This document shows positions 12,301 through 24,231 of a stretch of DNA of 64,000 nt, one piece after another (position 1 is the stretch's first letter; every line of letters starts with the position of its first letter). The stretch comes from Macrostomum lignano. Lineage: Eukaryota. The position numbers and the translations under genes were made by a program. The notes under the pieces are model-generated. The model saw only the letters and a program-made list of their open reading frames with translations, searched no databases and was not told the origin of the DNA. Location: the NCBI GenBank assembly GCA_002269645.1, contig NIVC01001105.1, forward strand, positions 24,334 to 88,333, in the 5' to 3' direction.

Positions 12301-14968
12301 ATTTATTTACTATAAACTAGCTTGCACAATCCTACAAACTTTTCCATGGCATATACATTAATATACCTGTCGGTATTATTGTACGTTATACCTGTACATT
12401 GCAATGTGTACATTCACCAGTTTCAAACGCACGTACATGTAACGTAGGCATCAAATTTGACCAACTCCTTATACATGTACGAATACAGCTTTTTAATTTC
12501 TTGAATTTTTTCTCACCAGGCATTATATTTGTGGTTTGGTCCTCATTTAAGGCGTACCCTATTCGCAACCAGTTGTTGCAAGATAATCTGACGACCTACT
12601 GTAAAAGTGCGAGGATCACTAGGAGGTTAGACTTTAACTCCGATAGTGTTCCCAAAGGAGTATACTTAAGTAGAAGAACGGGAAACTACTTTTCTTTCAA
12701 AAAAATTAAGGGGCTGCTGGTTTTCACTGAAGAATACGCTGCGGAGATTAGCTTTTCAATGTTTTTCAAATTAAAATTGTTTGACAGCACTTAACAGCAT
12801 TGACAGCATTTTCAAATGGTCATTTTTTGGAAATTCCGTTGCGCGCACGCACGAACTTGTTGACAAGTTGACTGGCATCATTTTTTAATTTTACAGTAGT
12901 TGTACTGTTTAAAACTTGAACAATAAGTAACAAGCACCACAAATAATAGTGATAGCTTGGCTTTTGCAAGTAATTTTAGAAATCTCTAAACGCATTTTTT
13001 GCAAAGCTTTATCACTTAGTTAGCCCCTATTAGCTATTATTTCTTGTTCGATTAGGCCTACTAATTTTCGCTATTGTACCCCCTACCGACACAATGGCTT
13101 ACTTTTATGTAATTGTAAAGTTAAGTGTCATATTGTATTGTCAGACATATATTGTCTCACTGTCTGTATTGTTTAAAAATCGACCTACATATATAGACCA
13201 CACCACCAGTAGGCCTAATATTATCTAAAATGACAAGACAACTTGCATCTAGTAATTTATTATGGATTATAATTTTGAAATATGAATAGGTCTATAAAGT
13301 AGGCCCTATTGCTGAATGACATCATAAGTAATGAAATGGCATTGTTAAAACACTCTTCAAACAGTCAAACTCAAGAAATCTTATAAGTTATACTCAAAAT
13401 AGATATGTTTATATAAAGTGTTTTATACCCTACATATAAATCTCCTATGCCATGGGCATGGCTAAGGCCACTAGGCCATCTATAGGCCTAGGCCTAGTCC
13501 AAACTATAAGGTGGCTTTTATGCCAAAAATTATGTTTTTAGCCCTTCACTTAGAATACCATAGGCCTAGAATCTTGGCATACACTTAGCTGATTTAGGGT
13601 ATAGAATTTTCAGGTATTGTTATATATAAATATCATGTTTTGTTTGTTATTGGCCCTAGAGACTTTAGTGAGTTTATTGCATTAGGCTAGTTAGTTTAAA
13701 ATAACAAAACACAAAATATATTAAACTTAAAAATTTAAATTAAAAATATTAAACATTGATATAGTTTTGTAAAAAACTAACTAGTTAGGCTAGCCTATGA
13801 GCTATGTAAATCTTAGAAATACCTAATATAATAGATATAGAGCTCTTACAATTCAAAATTTGTATTTGTAATAAAAAGAATTGCCAAAGACCATAATTTG
13901 AATTTTCAATCAATAGGTGCTGAATCAAAGTGGCAAACCCTTATGACAAATCTGATGATGCGACAATTTATTATACATGTATATTAGTTAATATTGAGAA
14001 ATAAAACAAAGAGTATGTTATAAACCAGTTATACAAACTTTAAATTATAAATATATATAGTAAAAAGTATAGTAAAATATAAATAGAATACAAATACAAA
14101 TAATGCATACTGTGAAGTAAGTACAAAATAGGATTACTTTTAAAATAGATATAAAGTCTTTATATATACATTACATATATTTTATATATACATTTTATTT
14201 AGTATTATAAAGCACAATTTAAAATAGTTTCATTTTGGCATTGCTTATAAATAAAAGAGGTAAGTAGGCCCTATATAGAAATACATATATTTTACTTTTG
14301 AATAGCTATATTATTTAGAGAATTGAATATTGTTATATTGATAATTATTCTATTTTTTAATTATATAATTATATAAAACAATACATAATTAAGTAAATTC
14401 TAAAAAGTTTATGCCTTACAATCTATATTAACATGTTATTTATTATATTGTGTATATACAAAAAGTAATAAAAGTATTGCAAAGCTATAATATGCCATTT
14501 ATGCAACTTCTATTTAAATAAGTAAATTAGGTTTGTTTGATTTCACTTAGTTCTATATGAATATATGATGCAATATTATATGGTAATAGTTGAATCTGAC
14601 TGCCTTATTTCTATATCAACTAGGACTCACATTGCAACCTATTTGTCTGCCAGATAACAAATAAATAATTTGCCAACAGACAACTAGAAATTTAGTAAAG
14701 AAAGAGGGGGCAGATCCAAAATGTGAAGACCTAAACGGAGGGCAGAGGGTTAGGCCTGTTGGTCCTACTTGCATTTTTTCTGGGTCTCTATCAAAGTGGG
14801 GGCAGGTACCCCTCCCCTCCCTAGTTGCACCATGGGTCTTAGGGTTCAAGTCTACTTTCCACAGAACTCATATTAATGTGTCTTTTTTCATGTACAGTGC
14901 CTGAAGAGTTCTTACAGATTTGATCAATCTGAATCAGAACAACAAATACTTCATGACTAGACTAGGCG

Positions 14969-15508
14969 ATGCAGTCTGCAAACGCTATACAGCAAATTGA
15001 ATCAATGCGCCAAGAGTACATTAGGGACACGCTGCAGCTGGTGCCCAGACAGCAGGACTCTGTGCTGCAGGACTGCCAGCTGCTGTTAGCCAGGTATTAC
15101 GAAGCGGCTGACAAAGAGGAGCGACGCCAGTCCCGACTGCCAGACTCTGACGGCTGGGTGACAGTCAGTTATAAGAAAAGTGGCTCAACGGCCAAGCCTG
15201 ATGCTGCTGAGGCTCAAGCTGAAGGGACTAAGGCTAAACCCGAGGACACGCCGGCTGCAGAGACAGAGGACGCCGCCAGAGCGCTGGTGTTTGGCCGGGG
15301 TCAATCGCGCGCCAGGCGCCAATTAGAGCGCCAGCGTAGGCGCGAGAAGCTCGCCGCAGCCGAGTTGCAATTGGCTCTGGGCGGCGCCAAAGCGCCAAAA
15401 GCGACGCGAGCGGAGGAGCAGCGAAACCGGCTGGGCGCGCTGCGGGCCAGCTTCGCCGAGAAGCTGCGGGCCATCGCTGAGCAGCGCAAATTCCGGCCGG
15501 AAGGCTGA
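14969..15508 (+). CDS. RRP7A: RRP7-like ribosome biogenesis protein (C-terminal domain)
   Basis: LPDSDGWVTV and terminal AEQRKFRP match RRP7A (VPDEEGWVKV ... AQRKFRPY). In-frame TAG 6 nt before the ATG; acceptor TTTTTTCATGTACAG at 14897. Confidence 0.8.
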   Translation: MQSANAIQQIESMRQEYIRDTLQLVPRQQDSVLQDCQLLLARYYEAADKEERRQSRLPDSDGWVTVSYKKSGSTAKPDAAEAQAEGTKAKPEDTPAAETEDAARALVFGRGQSRARRQLERQRRREKLAAAELQLALGGAKAPKATRAEEQRNRLGALRASFAEKLRAIAEQRKFRPEG

Positions 15509-16369
15509 ATTTCAGTTTTGGAACTGCTTTTATCTCTGCTGCTGGGGGATCTTTTATAAGCTCGAATTGTTTATTAGAGGTAAGGGGTTGTGTGCACCCT
15601 GGTGCACTTTAAGCGACATTGCCCCATTCTGCCCGATGAGAACGTTACCTAGGCTAAGAAGCGTCCCATTGTCACTTGCGTCGTTTTGACTTTAGACGAC
15701 TTTATTATAAAACAAGATGTCGCCGTACAAGTTGCCAAAAAGTCGTCAAAGAGTCGCCTAAGTGTCAATTTGGGGCGTTTTATTGTCTAAAAATTTGAAA
15801 CCACTTTGGAACTGTAAAGTCGTATCTGTAGAAGCACTGAGTTGCGACTAAAGTGCGTATCTGCATCAGCTATTGAATTTGATTTCCACCTTTATTCCCA
15901 GATACTTTCCACCTTAGACTAAATCCTCGCTTTGAATGCTTATCAAGTTGAGTGGTTTATTGGTAATTAACGTTTAATTACGGCTCGTTTATAACAAAGG
16001 TGGTAAGATATCTACGAGTATTGACAGTTAGTCAAATCCATTTTATTTACCGGTAATTCAAATTTGTGCCAAGCGATAGGTCTAGTTTCTAATATGCGTC
16101 AATGCTGGCGTCTATTTGAATTGGATTTAATGCATGCAAGTTTTCAAGAAATAAAAAAACTGTCTGTTTTCCAGCTGTCAGTTTACACTTTGTATATGCG
16201 TTAATAAATGCTCTTGCCATGCATTTCTCTGTTACCTGATTAACTGTTCTAATTTTTCTGCTTTCATTTTTTTATTTTTAGCCTTAGAATTGGTCAGGAG
16301 TCTGACATGAAGGGTGGCTATTGAGTAGGTTTTCTTGTGTAGTGTGTCTTTAAGTGTCTTGTGTAGATT

Positions 16370-17412
16370 CAGGTGACTCTTTTGTAGTTTCAGGTGACTC
16401 TTTTGTAGTTTCAGGTGACTCTTGTAGTTTCAGGTGACTCGTGTGTAGTTTCAGGTGACTCTTTTGTAGTTTCAGGTGACTCTTTTGTAGTTTCAGGTGA
16501 CTCTTTTGTAGTTTCAGGTGACTCTTTTGTAGTTTCAGGTGACTCGTGTGTAGTTTCAGGTGACTCTTTTGTAGTTTCAGGTGACTCGTGTGTAGTTTCA
16601 GGTGACTCTTTTGTAGTTTCAGGTGACTCGTGTGTAGTTTCAGGTGACTCTTGTGTAGTTTCAGGTGACTCTTGTGTAGTTTCAGGTGACTCTTGTGTAG
16701 TTTCAGGTGACTCTTGTGTAGTTTCGGGTGACTCTTGTGTAGTTTCGGCTGACTCTTGTGTAGTTTCGGCTGACTTTTGTGTAGTTTCATGTGACTCTTG
16801 TGTAGTTTCAGGTGACTCTTGTGTAGTTTCAGGTGACTCGTGTGTAGTTTCGGGGGACTCTTGTGTAGTTTCGGCTGACTTTTGTGTAGTTTCATGTGAC
16901 TCTTGTGTAGTTTCGGGTGACTCTTGTGTAGTTTCGGGTGACTCTTGTGTAGTTTCGGGTGACTCTTGTGTAGTTTCGGGTGACTCTTGTGTAGTTTCGG
17001 GTGACTCTTGTGTAGCTTCGGGTGACTCTTGTGTAGCTTCGGCTGACTTTTGTGTAGCTTCAGGTGACTCTTGTGTAGTTTCGGGTGACTCTTGTGTAGT
17101 TTCGGGGGACTCTTGTGTAGCTTCGGGTGACTCTTGTGTAGCTTCGGGTGACTCTTGTGTAGCTTCAGGTGACTCTTGTGTAGTTTCGGGTGACTCTTGT
17201 GTAGCTTCAGGTGACTCTTGTGTAGTTTCGAGTGACTTGTGTAGTTTCGGATGACTCTTGTGTAGCTTCGGGTGACTCTTGTGTAGTTTCGGGTGACTCT
17301 TGTGTAGTTTTGGGTGACTTGTGTAGTTTTGAGTGACTCTTGTGTAGTTTCGGGTGACTCTTGTGTAGTTTGGGGTGACTCTTGTGTAGTTTTGGGTGAC
17401 TTGTGTAGTTTC
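16370..17412. repeat. 21-bp minisatellite GTAGTTTCAGGTGACTCTTGT
   Basis: About 50 tandem units; source of the VVSGDSC and KLHKSHL ORFs. Confidence 0.97.
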
Positions 17413-17594
17413 CTTCTCGATTTTCAGTTGACTTAAAAAATCATTAAAACGCTAGTTTTGCTACTGAAAGTAGCATTACTCTCGTCTACTGTACAGGTTT
17501 GTGATTCCAGTTTTTATGCTACTTTAATTTCAGTAGTATTGTAAGCTTATTATGACTATCTATTGGATTTATTGCAGCTCAAAATCAGCTTGAA

Positions 17595-18404
17595 ATGTCC
17601 CGGCCAGTGTCGCAGGACACCTACAACAGTCTGGTACGCGAGAATATTGACGAATTCGACATGCCGCCAGATGAAGCAATCGAAGATGCTGTTAAACAGC
17701 TGGAGGCTCAGAAAGCTTCTATTGGTTTGATAGTGCAGGACTTGCCGCTTTATCCGGAGGGTCGGCATCCTCTTGTGCTGGCTGTTAACGCTGTCGTGTT
17801 GTCAGCTGACTCTGTGGCTACTCAAACCAAGGACCAGCTACTCAGCCAGATTGGCGAGCTGTCCCATCAGCTAGCTGCCGGCTTGCCTCATCGGGTTCTG
17901 GCTGCCCAGCTTCGCGTCGCGCCCGCACTGCTGAGCCTGGCTTCTGAGCCGTCGGATTCCTCCGTAGCCTGCGCCGCGCTGCGCTGTCTCCGACGCCTAT
18001 TGAAACAGCAATCGGATGCGCTGAATTCTGATCAGCTGATCGGCCTGCTGGCTAGGGCTAAGCTATTGGCTGGAGTGGCTGATACTACTGCTGATGGAGA
18101 AGTAGTAGTAGCGGAAAATGCTGTGGCCGAGACTGGCGATGCGTGTGTTGAAGCCGAAGAGGAGGAGGCGGCTGACGAAGGCACGCCTGAATCGGCTGCT
18201 GAGCTCACCGCCCTGCTAGGCGTCCTTGGCAGCTCGTGTGTGCTGAACGAGGCCAACCGTCAGCTGTTGGTGCTCAACGGCCTGGTGCCAATGCTGGCTC
18301 GACTGATGAGAACTCAGCCAGGAAGGGAAGCTTTGATCTGTCAGGCCTGTCGGCTGTTTCGCCTGCTCACTCTGGACGATGATGTTCGGGCGGTTGTTGG
18401 CCAG
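17595..18404 (+). CDS. ARMC6: Armadillo repeat protein ARMC6, exon 1
   Basis: VSQDTYNSLVRENIDEFDMPPDEAIEDAVKQLEAQ matches the ARMC6 N-terminus; ends LDDDVRAVVGQ at donor CAG|GTGAGT. Confidence 0.88.
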
Positions 18405-18493
18405 GTGAGTATGGGATGTCCGTGATATCAGCTGTCTTGGGAGCTCCTAACTGGGAGTGCCTGTTTGGTAATGCGAGCTCTTGAGCACTGTGT

Positions 18494-19472
18494 AGATTTT
18501 TGAGTAGGTTTGTGTGATTATTGAGTAGTTTTGTGTGATTATTGAGTAGGTTTGTGTGGTATTTGAGTAGGTTTGTGTGATTATTGAGTAGTTTTGTGTG
18601 ATTATTGAGTAGTTTTGTGTGATTATTGAGTAGGTTTGTGTGATATTTGAGTAGGTTTGTGTGATTATTGAGTAGTTTTGTGTGATTATTGAGTAGTTTT
18701 GTGTGATTATTGAGTAGGTTGATGTGATTATTGAGTAGTTTTGTGTGATTATTGAGTAGTTTTGTGTGATTATTGAGTAGGTTTGTGTGATTATTGAGTA
18801 GTTTTGTGTGATTATTGAGTAGTTTTGTGTGATTATTGAGTAGTTTTGTGTGATTATTGAGTAGGTTTGTGTGATTATTGAGTAGTTTTGTGTGATTATT
18901 GAGTAGTTTTGTGTGATTATTGAGTAGGTTGATGTGATTATTGAGTAGTTTTGTGTGATTATTGAGTAGGTTGATGTGATTATTGAGTAGTTTTGTGTGA
19001 TTATTGAGTAGTTTTGTGTGATTATTGAGTAGTTTTGTGTGATTATTGAGTAGTTTTGTGTGATTATTGAGTAGGTTTGTGTGGTATTTGAGTAGGTTTG
19101 TGTGATTATTGAGTAGTTTTGTGTGATTATTGAGTAGTTTTGTGTGATTATTGAGTAGGTTGATGTGATTATTGAGTAGTTTTGTGTGATTATTGAGTAG
19201 TTTTGTGTGATTATTGAGTAGTTTTGTGTGATTATTGAGTAGTTTTGTGTGATTATTGAGTAGTTTTGTGTGATTATTGAGTAGTTTTGTGTGATTATTG
19301 AGTAGGTTTGTGTGATTATTGAGTAGGTTTGTGTGATTATTGAGTAGGTTTGTGTGATTATTGAGTAGGTTTGTGTGATTATTGAGTAGGTTTGTGTGAT
19401 TATTGAGTAGGTTTGTGTGATTATTGAGTAGGTTTGTGTGATTATGGAGTAGTTTTGTGTGATTATTGAGTG
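18494..19472. repeat. 21-bp minisatellite GTGATTATTGAGTAGTTTTGT in ARMC6 intron 1
   Basis: Directly visible tandem array. Confidence 0.97.
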
Positions 19473-19475
19473 GGG

Positions 19476-19694
19476 ATCAGTGATCATTGGTTAGGGTTCA
19501 GTGATCATTGGTAGGGTTCAGTGATCATTGGTTAGGGCTCAGTGATCATTGGTTAGGGTTCAGTGATCATTGGTTAGGGTTCAGTGATCATTGGTTAGGG
19601 TTCAGTGATCATTGGTTAGGGTTCAGTGATCATTGGTTAGGGTTCAGTGATCATTGGTTAGGGTTCAGTGATCATTGGTTAGGGTTCAGTGATC
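19476..19694. repeat. 21-bp minisatellite GTTCAGTGATCATTGGTTAGG (contains TTAGGG) in ARMC6 intron 1
   Basis: About 10 near-identical units. Confidence 0.95.
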
Positions 19695-19734
19695 CAATGG
19701 GTAAACTTATACCACTAACCAATGCTCTGGCCAG

Positions 19735-20063
19735 GCTCACGAACGAGCTCGCCAAGTGATGTCGGAGACCCCGGCTCTCGCCCTACTGCTGCGCCTGTGC
19801 CGCCGCTACAATCGGCCAGAGTCGGCCCGCACAGTGGCCCGAGTGTTCGACACCTTAGCCTGTCTGGCCGTGCGCGACGAATTCTGTCAGCGAGCTTTAG
19901 AACTGGGCGCCTGCGATTTCATTGTTGGCGCAATTTACGCGCACAGCCAGGAGCCTCAGCTGGCCGCCTCCGGCATGGGATTATTGCGCAATCTGGCCCG
20001 CAACGATCAGGTTAAACGGGCGGCCGCTGAGCACCTGCCCGTGCTGCTGGATGTGGCTACCAA
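19735..20063 (+). CDS. ARMC6: ARMC6 exon 2
   Basis: Acceptor CCAG at 19734; AHERARQV..LAVRDEFCQ..LARNDQVK matches ARMC6 AHNHAK..LAIRNEFCQ..IAGNDDVK; phase-2 donor AA|GTGAGT. Confidence 0.85.
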
Positions 20064-20091
20064 GTGAGTTCTACTGCAGCTGGTAGCCCGC

Positions 20092-20712
20092 CAGCTTTTG
20101 AGTCCTCCAGTTTTCCGCCCCCTTCACCCCCAGTTTCCGCCCCCTTCACCCCCAGTTTTCCGCCCCCTTCAACCCCCAGTTTTCTGCCCCCTTCACCCCC
20201 CAGTTTTCCGCCCCCTTCACCCCCAGTTATCCGCGCCATTCGGTCCCCAGTTATCCGCCCTATTCAGTCTCCAGTTATCCGCCCCATTCACTCCCCAGTT
20301 ATCTGCCCTATTCAGTCTCCAGTTATCCGCCCCATTCACTCCCCAGTTATCCGCCCCCTTCACCCTCAGTTTCCACCCCCTTCAACCTCCAGTTTTCCGC
20401 CCCCTTTACCCCCAGTTATCCGCCCCATTCACTCCCCAGTTATCCGCCCTATTCAGTCTCCAGTTATCTGCCCTATTCAGTCTCCAGTTATCCGCCCCAT
20501 TCACTCCCCAGTTATCCGCCCCCTTCACCCTCAGTTTCCACCCCCTTCAACCTCCAGTTTTCCGCCCCCTTTACCCCCAGTTATCCGCCCCATTCACTCC
20601 CCAGTTATCCACCCCATTCAGTCCCCAGTTATCCGCCCCATTCAGTCCCCAGTTATCCGCCCCATTCAGTCCCCAGTTATCCGCCCCATTCAGTCCCCAG
20701 TTATCCGCCCCA
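20092..20712. repeat. C-rich 23-24-bp minisatellite CCCCAGTTATCCGCCCCATTCAGT in ARMC6 intron 2
   Basis: Tandem array; G-run-rich on the minus strand. Confidence 0.95.
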
Positions 20713-20723
20713 AAATTGCGCAG

Positions 20724-21114
20724 ATTCGCCAAGCAGGCCCCGGTGGCGCACCAGTTCCTAGGCCTGGCCGCCAACCTGTGCCTCCGTCAGCCGGCCACGG
20801 CCCGCCGATTTGCCGCCGAGCTGCCCGGCCCGGCGCTGCTGTCCCTGCTGGCCGCTCTTCACCGGCCAGACTCCGCCCTGATGCGCCAGCTCTGCCTGTG
20901 CGTTCGCAATGTGGCCGCTCGCGACGACTCAGCGGATTCTGGCGGCCTGGTTCGGCCCGCGCTGCTGGCGCACGGCATGGAGTCGCTGATGAACGGCCTG
21001 CTTGCCGTCTGCAAAGACGAGGCCAAAGCGGCTCTGCTGGCGATGGGCTGCGATGTCAAATTTGAGCCAATGCTCTGGACCGGGAAAAATGGCCAACTAC
21101 CTAGGGGCGATTGA
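20724..21114 (+). CDS. ARMC6: ARMC6 exon 3 (spliced protein 509 aa)
   Basis: Acceptor GCAG at 20723 restores the frame; AKAALLAMGCDVKFEPMLWTG matches ARMC6 [20 protein letters not shown]. Confidence 0.85.
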
Positions 21115-21115
21115 C

Positions 21116-21378
21116 AGCGTTGAGACAGGCTCATGATGGTTTAGAGTGATGAGACAGGCTCATGATGGTTTAGAGTGAATAGGGAATCAATTATGGTTTT
21201 GAGTGAATAGGGAATCAATTATGGTTTTGAGTGAATAGGAAGAGTCCATGATGGTTTTGAGTGAATAGGGAGAGTCCATGATGGTTTTGAGTGAATAGGG
21301 AGAGTCTATGATGGTTTTGAGTGAATAGGGGGAGTCCATGATGGTTTTGAGTGAATAGGGGGAGTCCTTGATGGTTCT
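21116..21378. repeat. 30-bp minisatellite ATGATGGTTTTGAGTGAATAGGGAGAGTCC
   Basis: About 8 units directly after the ARMC6 stop codon. Confidence 0.9.
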
Positions 21379-21937
21379 TAGGAACTTGTGAAACCTCTGT
21401 CGTTAGTTTAAACTCGTAAAAACTTAATAGACATTAAAATTTCGATTTTAGTTAGAAATCCAGGTACCTGAATGTTGAAATTTTATGTTAAAATCGTCAG
21501 AATCGAGATGAGGTGAGCAGTGGGCTTCAGTTTTACAAATATTCAGCTAAGGTGAAACGTGATTCTTTCGTATTCGTAACATGTTTTTATGCCTTTTTGC
21601 AAATGAACTTAAATTCAGAAATTAATGAAAACTTTTCTCTCGCAAAACGCTACTAGCACTACTGAAATCCGCTGTACGCTTTTTATTGACTTTCTTTCTT
21701 TATTGTCTGATACTTTCATTTTTTATATGCTATTGTCTGCCTAGCCAGGTTAGTGCTTGACTCAAATGCTCCCCGAACACATTCTGTGACAAACTTCGTA
21801 ATGTTGAGTTGTCAGATTTAAAGGTTTTGAATTGGTCCCACCTTTTTTTGACTTCCCTCCACTTACGATTCTGCAAAATTTTCATTATTTACTTTTTGTA
21901 TATTTTCATGTAGATGTAGAGTTGACTGTAGAGGACT

Positions 21938-23218
21938 TAAGATGGGATATTGGGAATAAAGGATGGGATTATGGAGATAAAGGATGGGATATTAAGGATA
22001 AAGGATGGCATATTGAGGATAAAGGATGGGATATTAAGGATAAAGGATGGAATATTAAGGATAAAGGATGGAATATTGAGGATAAAGGATGGAATATTGA
22101 GGATAAAGGATGGCATATTGAGGATAAAGGATGGGATATTGAGGATAAAGGATATGATATTAAGGATAAAGGATGGGATATTAAGGATAAAGGATGGCAT
22201 ATTGAGGATAAAGGATGGGATATCGAGGATAAAGGATGGCTATTAAGGATAAAGGATGGGATATAAAGGTTAAAGGATGGGATATCGAGGATAAAGGATG
22301 GGATATCGAGGATAAAGGATGGCATATTGAGGATAAAGGATGGGATATCGAGGATAAAGGATGGGATATTGAGGATAAAGGATGGGATATTGAGGATAAA
22401 GGATGGGATATAAAGGTTAAAGGATGGGATATCGAGGATAAAGGATGGGATATTGAGGATAAAGGATATGATATTAATGATAAAGGATGGGACATCGAGG
22501 ATAAAGGATGGCATATTGAGGATAAAGGATGGGATATTGAGGATAAAGGATGGCATATTGAGGATAAAGGGTGGGATATTAAGGATAAAGGATGGCATAT
22601 TGAGGATAAAGGATGTGATATCAAGGATAAAGGATAGATATTGCGGATGAAGGATGGGATATTAAGGATAAAGGATGGGATATTGAGGATAAAGGATATG
22701 ATATTAAGGATAAAGGATGGGATATTGAGGATAAAGGATGGGATATTGAGGATAAAGGATGGGATATTGAGGATAAAGGATATTAAGGATAAAGGATGGG
22801 ATATCGAGGATAAAGGATGGCATATTGAGGATAAAGGATGGGATATCGAGGATAAAGGATGGCATATTGAGGATAAAGGATGGGATATTGAGGATAAAGG
22901 ATGGGATATTAAGGATAAAGGATGGGATATCGAGGATAAAGGATATGATATTAAGGATAAAGGATGGCATATTGAGGATAAAGGATGGGATATTAAGGAT
23001 AAAGGATGGCATATTGAGGATAAAGGATGGGATATTAAGGATAAAGGATGGGATATTAAGGATAAAGGATGGGATATTGAGGATAAAGGATAGATATTGC
23101 GGATGAAGAATGGGATATTAAGGATAAAGGATGGGATATTGAGGATAAGGGATGGGATATTAAGGATAAAGGATGGCATATTGAGGATAAAGGATGGGAT
23201 ATCAAGGATAAAGGATAG
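21938..23218. repeat. 21-bp minisatellite GATAAAGGATGGGATATTGAG
   Basis: About 60 units; source of the IEDKGWD and ILRIKDG ORFs. Confidence 0.97.
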
Positions 23219-23280
23219 GAGGCTCAAAAGTTCCCTGACCTGACTGTTCAGGATTTCGTGTATCTCCTGTCACTCCGCAG

Positions 23281-24231
23281 TCGGCGACTGTGGCAGACCG
23301 CGACGGCGCGACCGCCCTGACCTCGGCAGCAATCGGGGGCCTCGAGACGGGCTCACCTGAGTGGCACCTGCTGGTCACCTACCTGGAGGACGTGCTGGAC
23401 TGTTGCGAATCGCTGCCAGGCGATCTGCAGGCCTGCCTATCCCAGTACCGAGAGCTCGACGCTCGCTGCCACGCCTCGGTGGCCGATTTAGAACGTCTAG
23501 CAGCTTCGTCGAATTCGTCAGAGTCGTCAGCTGCTGTCGGCGTCTCAGTGCAGCGCGCCGTAGCGCGGCTACAGGAGCTCGGCGAGGAGAAAATGCGCCT
23601 AGCCGGCCTCGTCCAGGAGCTGCTCGACGGCCGCCGCACTCGGCTGGATGATGGCAAGAGAAACCTGCTGGCTAGGATTGAAGCTGCGGCCGCCGCGGCG
23701 AGGGCTGCCAGTCCGGCCTCGTCGACACAGCAGCAGCAGCGGCGCCAGCATCATCAGAAGCGAGCCTCGGCCGGTGAGAGACGACGCTCGGCCGCCGCCG
23801 CCGCTGCCGCAGCATCCGACAAAGATGAAGCGGCATCTTCAAATGCCAGTAGCAGTAGTCGGGATCTGCTGACTTCAGTCGGTGGCGGCGCGGCGGCAGC
23901 AACGGCAACTGCGGCGACATCGTCGAAGCGTCGGCGAGTCCGTCAGCAGCAGCAGCAGACGCCAGCCAGCGCACCGAAGAAGCGCCAGCAGCAGCAGTCG
24001 CAGCAGAAGGCGTCAAAGAGCCAGCAACAGCAGCAGCAAGGCGGATCAACTAATGAGGAGTCCCGACGCTACTGCATCTGCAACAAAGTCTCATTCGGCG
24101 AGATGATCGCCTGCGACAATGCCCGCTGCGCCATCGAGTGGTTCCATTTCCGCTGCGTGAAGCTCACCTCTGAGCCCAAAGGCAAATGGTACTGCCCGGA
24201 CTGTCGCAAGGACAAGCAGAAGAAAGCTTAA
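23281..24231 (+). CDS. ING1: Inhibitor of growth (ING1/2-like) PHD-finger protein; exon has no initiating ATG
   Basis: [20 protein letters not shown] and LQELGEEK match the ING N-domain; [48 protein letters not shown]; acceptor TCCTGTCACTCCGCAG at 23280. Confidence 0.9.
   Translation, partial: SATVADRDGATALTSAAIGGLETGSPEWHLLVTYLEDVLDCCESLPGDLQACLSQYRELDARCHASVADLERLAASSNSSESSAAVGVSVQRAVARLQELGEEKMRLAGLVQELLDGRRTRLDDGKRNLLARIEAAAAAARAASPASSTQQQQRRQHHQKRASAGERRRSAAAAAAAASDKDEAASSNASSSSRDLLTSVGGGAAAATATAATSSKRRRVRQQQQQTPASAPKKRQQQQSQQKASKSQQQQQQGGSTNEESRRYCICNKVSFGEMIACDNARCAIEWFHFRCVKLTSEPKGKWYCPDCRKDKQKKA

Noticed and set aside
10956-12794. Short ORFs downstream of G-alpha-s
   Set aside because: No recognisable homology; composition fits UTR or decayed repeats.
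14690-14840. One MITE-like terminus (GGGGGCAG...CCCTCCCTAGTTGCACCATG)
   Set aside because: No partner TIR or TSD found, so the element cannot be delimited.
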